This document shows, one piece after another, positions 58,228 through 64,000 of a stretch of 64,000 nt of DNA; the stretch's first letter is position 1, and each line of letters starts with the position of its first letter. Source of the DNA: the human T2T-CHM13v2.0 reference genome, Homo sapiens. The DNA is taken from NCBI RefSeq assembly GCF_009914755.1, contig NC_060947.1. The stretch is one strand, 5' to 3'. Below the pieces are notes generated by a model. That model was not told where the DNA came from. It saw only the letters and a program-made list of their open reading frames with translations, and made no database searches. Made by a program: the position numbers and the translations under genes.

Positions 58228-60539
58228 ATTAAAGCTCTGAGTCTTCAAACAAGTGTGATGTTTTTATTGTGATCAATTTCATGGCTTCTGGCATCTGAGC
58301 ATCAGCTTTTGCTTCACCTGTTAGAAAAGTATCAAAAAATTCAGTCGATTTTATAATTATTATAATTAAATGAATTCTTGCCTTTCTAGTATAGCTGTCT
58401 CAAAGCTATATCAGAGCTGCTGCTTTTAGTAATTTATATATATGTGTGTATATACATATATATCTAAATATACTTAAAATATATATACATCTTTTTTTGA
58501 TTCATTTACCCAATACATTTTTCCTACTAGAGGAGACAATTTTGCAACTTTTGTTTTGAATGCCATTGTCTTCTCTGACTAGTTCAAGGATCTCACACAA
58601 GCCATTTTTGCACTGCACCTTATGTCACAAATGGCAAGAATGTCTGGCTAAGTTGGCATGTAACTGTTTCTTTTGTTGCTGGATATTTTGAAGATATTTG
58701 TCCTGTGACTTCAATTTCCATTGCTTGACAGACCTTAAATTTTCAACAGCTTAAAACATGTTTGCAAATGCAATGCAAACATAGCAGCTATGTTTCATAT
58801 ATAAAACTTTTCGGTAAGACACTGATCTTTATTACAAATTTAGAGAGTATTACCAAGTACACTAATAATTGTATATCTTGGATGCCCTAATTTCATTTTA
58901 CAGTATGAAAATATATTGGAGAGCTGTAAAAATTTACCATTGGTTTATTCAGTCAGTTTCATGATTTTTATTTCATCTATCAAAATTCTAGAAAAGTCTT
59001 AAGTTTCTTGAAATTGTGCATTAAAATTTTTCTTAAAAAACATTTGAAATATATTGGTTCCTGACTTTGTTTAAATAGTACTTTAGTTGTACACATCGAA
59101 TAGCTCAATTAAAAAAAAATGTAAATTAAATTAACATTTAATTAAATGTTCTTTTCCTTAGTTATATTAATCTACACATTAACTACTCTTCTAAAAATTC
59201 TTCATTTCTTTATCTCAGCAGACATCTCTCTTATTTTCATTCACTCATTATAGGCATCAATGGAAAATTTACTTCCATGTATTTACAGGGTTAGAATTTC
59301 TCCTTGGGCTAAGTGGGGCAAGTTTTCATGATAAAGACTATGGTCAGGAATTTTGAAAAGTACCAAATAATTTAGTTATAATCATAATTATAAAGTTTTT
59401 TTAATTATGTATTTGGCTATGCTACCTATTAAACCTTAGATTAATTCAGCTTATTAATGTTCACTGTCTCATCTCCCTGTCACCCTTTCCTAGCCAACCA
59501 AAGACAGATGTACAAAAATGCACACACATCATTCTCAACTGGCCCATAGCTCAAGGGTCAGACAAGTCATTATTCTTCTCTGCCAGTGCAAAATTAACAT
59601 CTATCCTGGCCATAGGCTAATATCCTACTTGCTATTCTTCATATTGGCCCCTTCAGTTATTTCTAGTTCTTCATATAATAATTATTTCCAACCCTTGAGT
59701 ATGCCCCTAGTAGAGTAGGTAGATTATCCAAATGATTTACATTTTTAGCTATATTACATTAATATATTATAGTTTAAATTTCTTGAGTGCTTACTATGTG
59801 CCAGGCCTAATGTCAATGCAATATCTCATTTATCCTTATAACACCATTAAAATATGTATTATTATTTTTACAAATTTATAGATGAGGCAACTATAACAAA
59901 ATACTTTTCCAAATGATGCCTAGTCATTAACTGTAAAAGCCAGAACCTCAGTCAATGACGAGGCCTCAAAGCATGTGTATTTAACTGTTATGCTATACTA
60001 TATTGCACCCCCAGTTGTTTGATTTGCCGATAATAAAGATGAATAAATTTAAGTTTTTAGTTGCTCCACTGTTGCATATCATCTCACAATAGTTTACTTA
60101 AAATTTATAGAATTAACTGCTTACCTTTTTCTTACAGCATTTCCATAAAATTTTCCTTTTTAGGGTACAAATTGGGTCTTCTTGTCAGTATAATTTTTTA
60201 ATGATGTTCAACAGAGCAGCAGCATTTTGAAAATTAATCACAACTGTGTATTGAAACACAATTATGCATCCTAGACCAAGCTGGTACTCAATCATCAAAG
60301 AAACACTATCTTTGTCTTACAAGGACTAGTAGCTGAGTTTAATATTGCTTAAAAAAATCTATACATGCTGCCCACATCATTTTGTATTTTTATGTGTTTA
60401 AATCCAGCAAGTATTCAACTTTTATAGCACCCAAAAAATTGTTTTATGATGTAATCTACATGTGGTTCAAATGCTTTAAATTTTACCTATGGCTATAACT
60501 TTTTATAAATTTAATAGCAGCAAAACCTTAACACATCAC
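58228..60539 (-). pseudogene. Candidate decayed multi-exon gene (putative exons 60125-60243, 58510-58733, ~58228-58317; weaker 60487-60539)
   Basis: AG/GT boundaries with compatible phases in non-repeat sequence, but with in-frame stops and no recognised homologue. Inference only. Confidence 0.3.
59775..60000 (-). mobile_element. MIR
   Basis: TTGAGTGCTTACTATGTGCCAGGC...TCTCATTTATCCTTATAAC...TTTATAGATGAGGCAACT core. Confidence 0.85.
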
Positions 60540-61436
60540 CTTTGAATCTCTTGAGACATGAAAACATTAATATTCAATGTCTTAACAACTAGATTCACCT
60601 TTATAGCAAGTTTGGTATAAAGCTATTAATGTGAAATTGCTTACAAAAGAGATATTAATAAAAATCCAAAAATTTAATGCCTAGACTTCATTTTGATTAC
60701 TAAACTTTATTAATATAGCAAACTAAAACAATTCTGTTATTCTTCAAGTTCCTAAGAAATACCATGCGTACATTATTGAAATTTAATTGAAAATTTGTCA
60801 GGCATGGTCACTATAGGTCTGAACATTTATTGAAACATTTAAAATAACTTGATAAAATATAAATAATTTATATACAGAAAATAAGAGGCTAAATCTTCTC
60901 ATATTAATATATAGTAAACCCCTGCAGATACAACCTGCACCATGTAAAGCCTCACAAATTTTTAATTGAACAGTGGGGTTTGGAAGAAACCCTATTTGAT
61001 TTTTACCTTACAAATAGTTGACAAAGATCATTTGTTTTCTTAAGGATAATAAAAATGTTAAAATGCTATATTTACTTTTGTAATGAACTATTTAATAGAA
61101 CATAATCATTTTTTCCTCTGAAATAAGTACTTACTAATGCCTAAAAGTTTGCTAGCTAGCAATTTGTATAGCCTTGCACCCTGCAAGGTTAATAGTCTAC
61201 TAAGCTGATTCAACTTTTCTTAAAATAATTGAATAGGATCATTATGGACCATTTAATTTAGGCAATAGGCACGTGGAAGAGGTAGAGAAAGGATTGAATT
61301 CCTCAATATGTAACCAGAATATTATTTCATTTCCCCTAGTATGGCTTGTGCATAGGAAAAAGGAACAGATGTACTATTTAAAAGTTCACCTGATAAAAAT
61401 GTGAGTTGATTATTTAATACACAAAGTAAAGTCGAA

Positions 61437-61965
61437 ACCCAGCAATCCCATTACTGGGTATATACCCAAAGGATTATAAATCATGCTGCTATAAAGACAC
61501 ATGCACAAGTATGTTTATTGCGGCACTATTCACAATAGCAAAGACTTGGAACCAACCCAAATGTCCAACAATGATAGACTGGATTAAGGAAATGTGGCAC
61601 ATATACACCATGGAATACTATGCAGCCAGAAAAAATGATGAGTTCATGTCCTTTGTAGGGACATGGATGAAGCTGGAAACCATCATTCTCCGCAACTATC
61701 TCAAGGACAAAAAAACAAACACCGCATGTTCTCACTCATAGGTGGAAATTGAACAATGAGAGCACATGGACACAGGAAGGGGAACATCATACACTGGGGA
61801 CTGTTGTGGGGTGGGGGCAGGGGGGAGGGATAGCATTAGGAGATATACCTAATGTTAAATAACGAGTTGATGGGTGCAGCACACCAACATCGCACATGTA
61901 TACATATGTAACTAACCTGCACATTGTGTATATGTACCCTAAAACTTAAAGCATAATAAAAAAAG
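61437..61965 (+). mobile_element. L1PA4-like 3' fragment
   Basis: ORF2 C-terminus (ORF 61511) plus 3'UTR (AATGTTAAATAACGAG) and an A tail. No clear TSD. Confidence 0.95.
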
Positions 61966-62479
61966 AAATAATGTAAATAAAACATACTTAACTTCTGAAT
62001 TTTCTATACCGTGAATGTTTATATGTCATGAATAAACTCTTAGCTGAAGAATGTTTTAACAATAATTGGCTGAAAAACATAAACTTTTTTGAGCGCGGGG
62101 GCAAAGCATGCATTAACAACATTAATCTGGGATGATGTTTCTAGAGTTTTGCTTAAAATATTAAATGGGTAGTAAATCCAAGAAAGCAAATCAAACAATG
62201 CTTATTTGTAATAAAACAAAATTCCTTTCTATGGGTCAAGTTGAATTAAATAAAAATCCACATCTTCCATAAGAGAAATCTTTAAAACAAATAAAAATTA
62301 AGCTGACACAGATTTAAAATAAAAAAAATCTTTTTTTTTTTAACAAACCTATTCTTAGCATCTGGTTATCACAATTTTTCGCATTAGTATGGAGCTGTTG
62401 CTAACTTTTAAAGCACTTTTCTAATTATTATTTTCATAATTCTGAAGCATATAGAAATTTATAGTTTTAAAAGCAATTT

Positions 62480-62745
62480 TACATAGATTATCTCACTTGA
62501 TCCTTTTGAAATATTTTGTAAGGTTGTTGGGGATGATTCTATTATCCCTAATTTACAAATAAAGAAACCATTTAAATGAAGTTAAAGGGGTTGTATAAGG
62601 TCATAGCTCAAAAATGACAGAGATGAGACAAGCTCAGATTTTCTGATTCTATCACTAACTTTTTTTTGTGACTTTGAGAGAAGTCTCTCTGTATCTATTT
62701 CCTCAACCATAAAATAAGGTGTTAGCCAAGATAATCCTTATGGTA
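62480..62745. mobile_element. MIR fragments (minus ~62480-62655, plus ~62665-62745)
   Basis: TATCTCACTTGATCCT...TTTACAAATAAAGAAAC and TGTGACTTTGAG...TTTCCTCAACCATAAAAT. Confidence 0.65.
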
Positions 62746-62799
62746 CTGTACAGTTCAAACCTCATGATTCTGTGATTTTTTTTGAGTTTTAAACTAGTC

Positions 62800-63095
62800 T
62801 TTTCACTATGATATATATATTCAATTAAAATTTTTTTGTGAGACAACTGTTGATTTTCACATCCATTTGTAAGAAATAATACAGAAATATTTGTTTTACT
62901 CTTTGGCACTTTCCCACAAGATAACATTCTGCAATGTTGTGGCACAATACCATAGCCAGGATATTAGTATTGATACAATTTACCATTCTTATTTAGATTC
63001 CTCTAGTTTTATTCACACTCATTTATGTGTGTGTGTGTATAATGAATTCCATATTATTTTATTACATGTGTAGGTTTGTGTATGCACAAACAGAG
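62800..63095 (-). mobile_element. L1MB/MC 3' end fragment
   Basis: TTGTAAGAAATAATACAGA...CCAGGATATTAGTATTGATACAAT is typical of old L1 3' ends. Confidence 0.7.
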
Positions 63096-63131
63096 TTAAA
63101 CACTGGTTTATTGTTGTTATTGTTAATGTGT

Positions 63132-64000
63132 TGTATTAGTCTGTTTTCATGTTGCTAATAAAGACATACCCAAGACTGAGTAATTTTTAAAGGAAAGAGG
63201 TTTAATTGACTCACAGTTCCTCAGGGCTGGGGAAGCTTCAGAAAACTCATGATCATTGTGGAAGGGGAAGGAAAAATGTCCTTCTTTACATGGCGGCAGC
63301 AAGGAGAAGTGCAGGGTGAAGGAGGGAAAAGCCCCTAATAAAACGATTAGATCTCTTGAGAACTTACTCACTATTATGAGAACAGCAGCTTAGGGGTAAA
63401 CACCCCCATATCATTCTACTCCTGGATACTCCCAACTCTCATGTCCTACCATTCAGGCCTTACTAACAGTTCCCCAAATCAACTCATTCCAGGATTATCT
63501 CAAAACTCCAAGTCCAAAGTTTCATCTGAGACGAGGCAAATCCCTTCTGCCTATAAGCCTGTAAAGTCAAAAGCAAGTTAGTTACTTCCTAGACAAAATG
63601 GGGTACAGCCATTGGAACACACCTATTCCAAATGGGAGAAATTGGCTAAAACAAAGGGGCTACAGGACCCATGCAAGTCCAGAATCCATTAGGGCAGTCA
63701 TTAAACCTTAAAGTTCCAAAATAATCTCCTTTGACTGCTTGTTTTACCTCCACCACATGCTGATGCAAGAGGTAGTCTCCCATGGCCTCGGGAAGCTCCA
63801 CTTATGTGGCTTTGCAGGGTACAGTGCCCCTCTCGGCTGCTTCCATGTGCTGGCATTGAGTGTTGGTGACTTTTCCAGGTATATGGTGCAAGCAGTCAGT
63901 GGATCTACTATTCTGGGTTATGGAGGACAGTGGCTATCTTCTCACAGCTCCACTAAGCAGTGTCCCAGTGGGGACTCTGTGTGAGGGCTCCAACCCCACA
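63132..64000 (-). mobile_element. THE1C/D-type 3' LTR (63132-63413, partly deleted) plus THE1-int running off the window
   Basis: TGTATTAGTCTGTTTTCATGTTGCTAATAAAGACATACCCAAGACTG, followed by THE1-int text. Confidence 0.92.

Noticed and set aside
61415-61990. TSD for the L1PA4-like fragment
   Set aside because: The flanks AAAGTAAAGTCGAA and AATGTAAATAAAA are too dissimilar to call.

Overview
This is AT-rich primate (human-like) genomic DNA made up mostly of transposable-element fossils: Alu, L1PA/L1PB/L1M, MaLR (THE1, MST, MLT1), MER4-group ERV1, ERVL, MIR and small DNA transposons. I can support no intact protein-coding gene, RNA gene or CRISPR array. The longer ORFs in the track are L1 ORF2 fragments, ERV remnants, Alu antisense frames or microsatellite artefacts. 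Two deeply nested LTR stacks occupy about 1-6.8 kb and 16.3-31.5 kb, and there are two twin-primed, 5'-inverted L1 insertions. The most unusual structure is a (TA)n-embedded fold-back palindrome at 55.75-56.19 kb. It is built from an inverted copy of its own flank plus a ~50-bp segment matching sequence 2.7 kb away at 58.58 kb. That distant segment lies in what looks like one exon of a decayed minus-strand multi-exon gene (58.2-60.5 kb), and the palindrome copies carry sense codons where the putative exon now has stops. Repeat subfamily names were assigned from memory of consensus sequences, not by database search, so they are provisional. I found no convincing novel multi-gene system.
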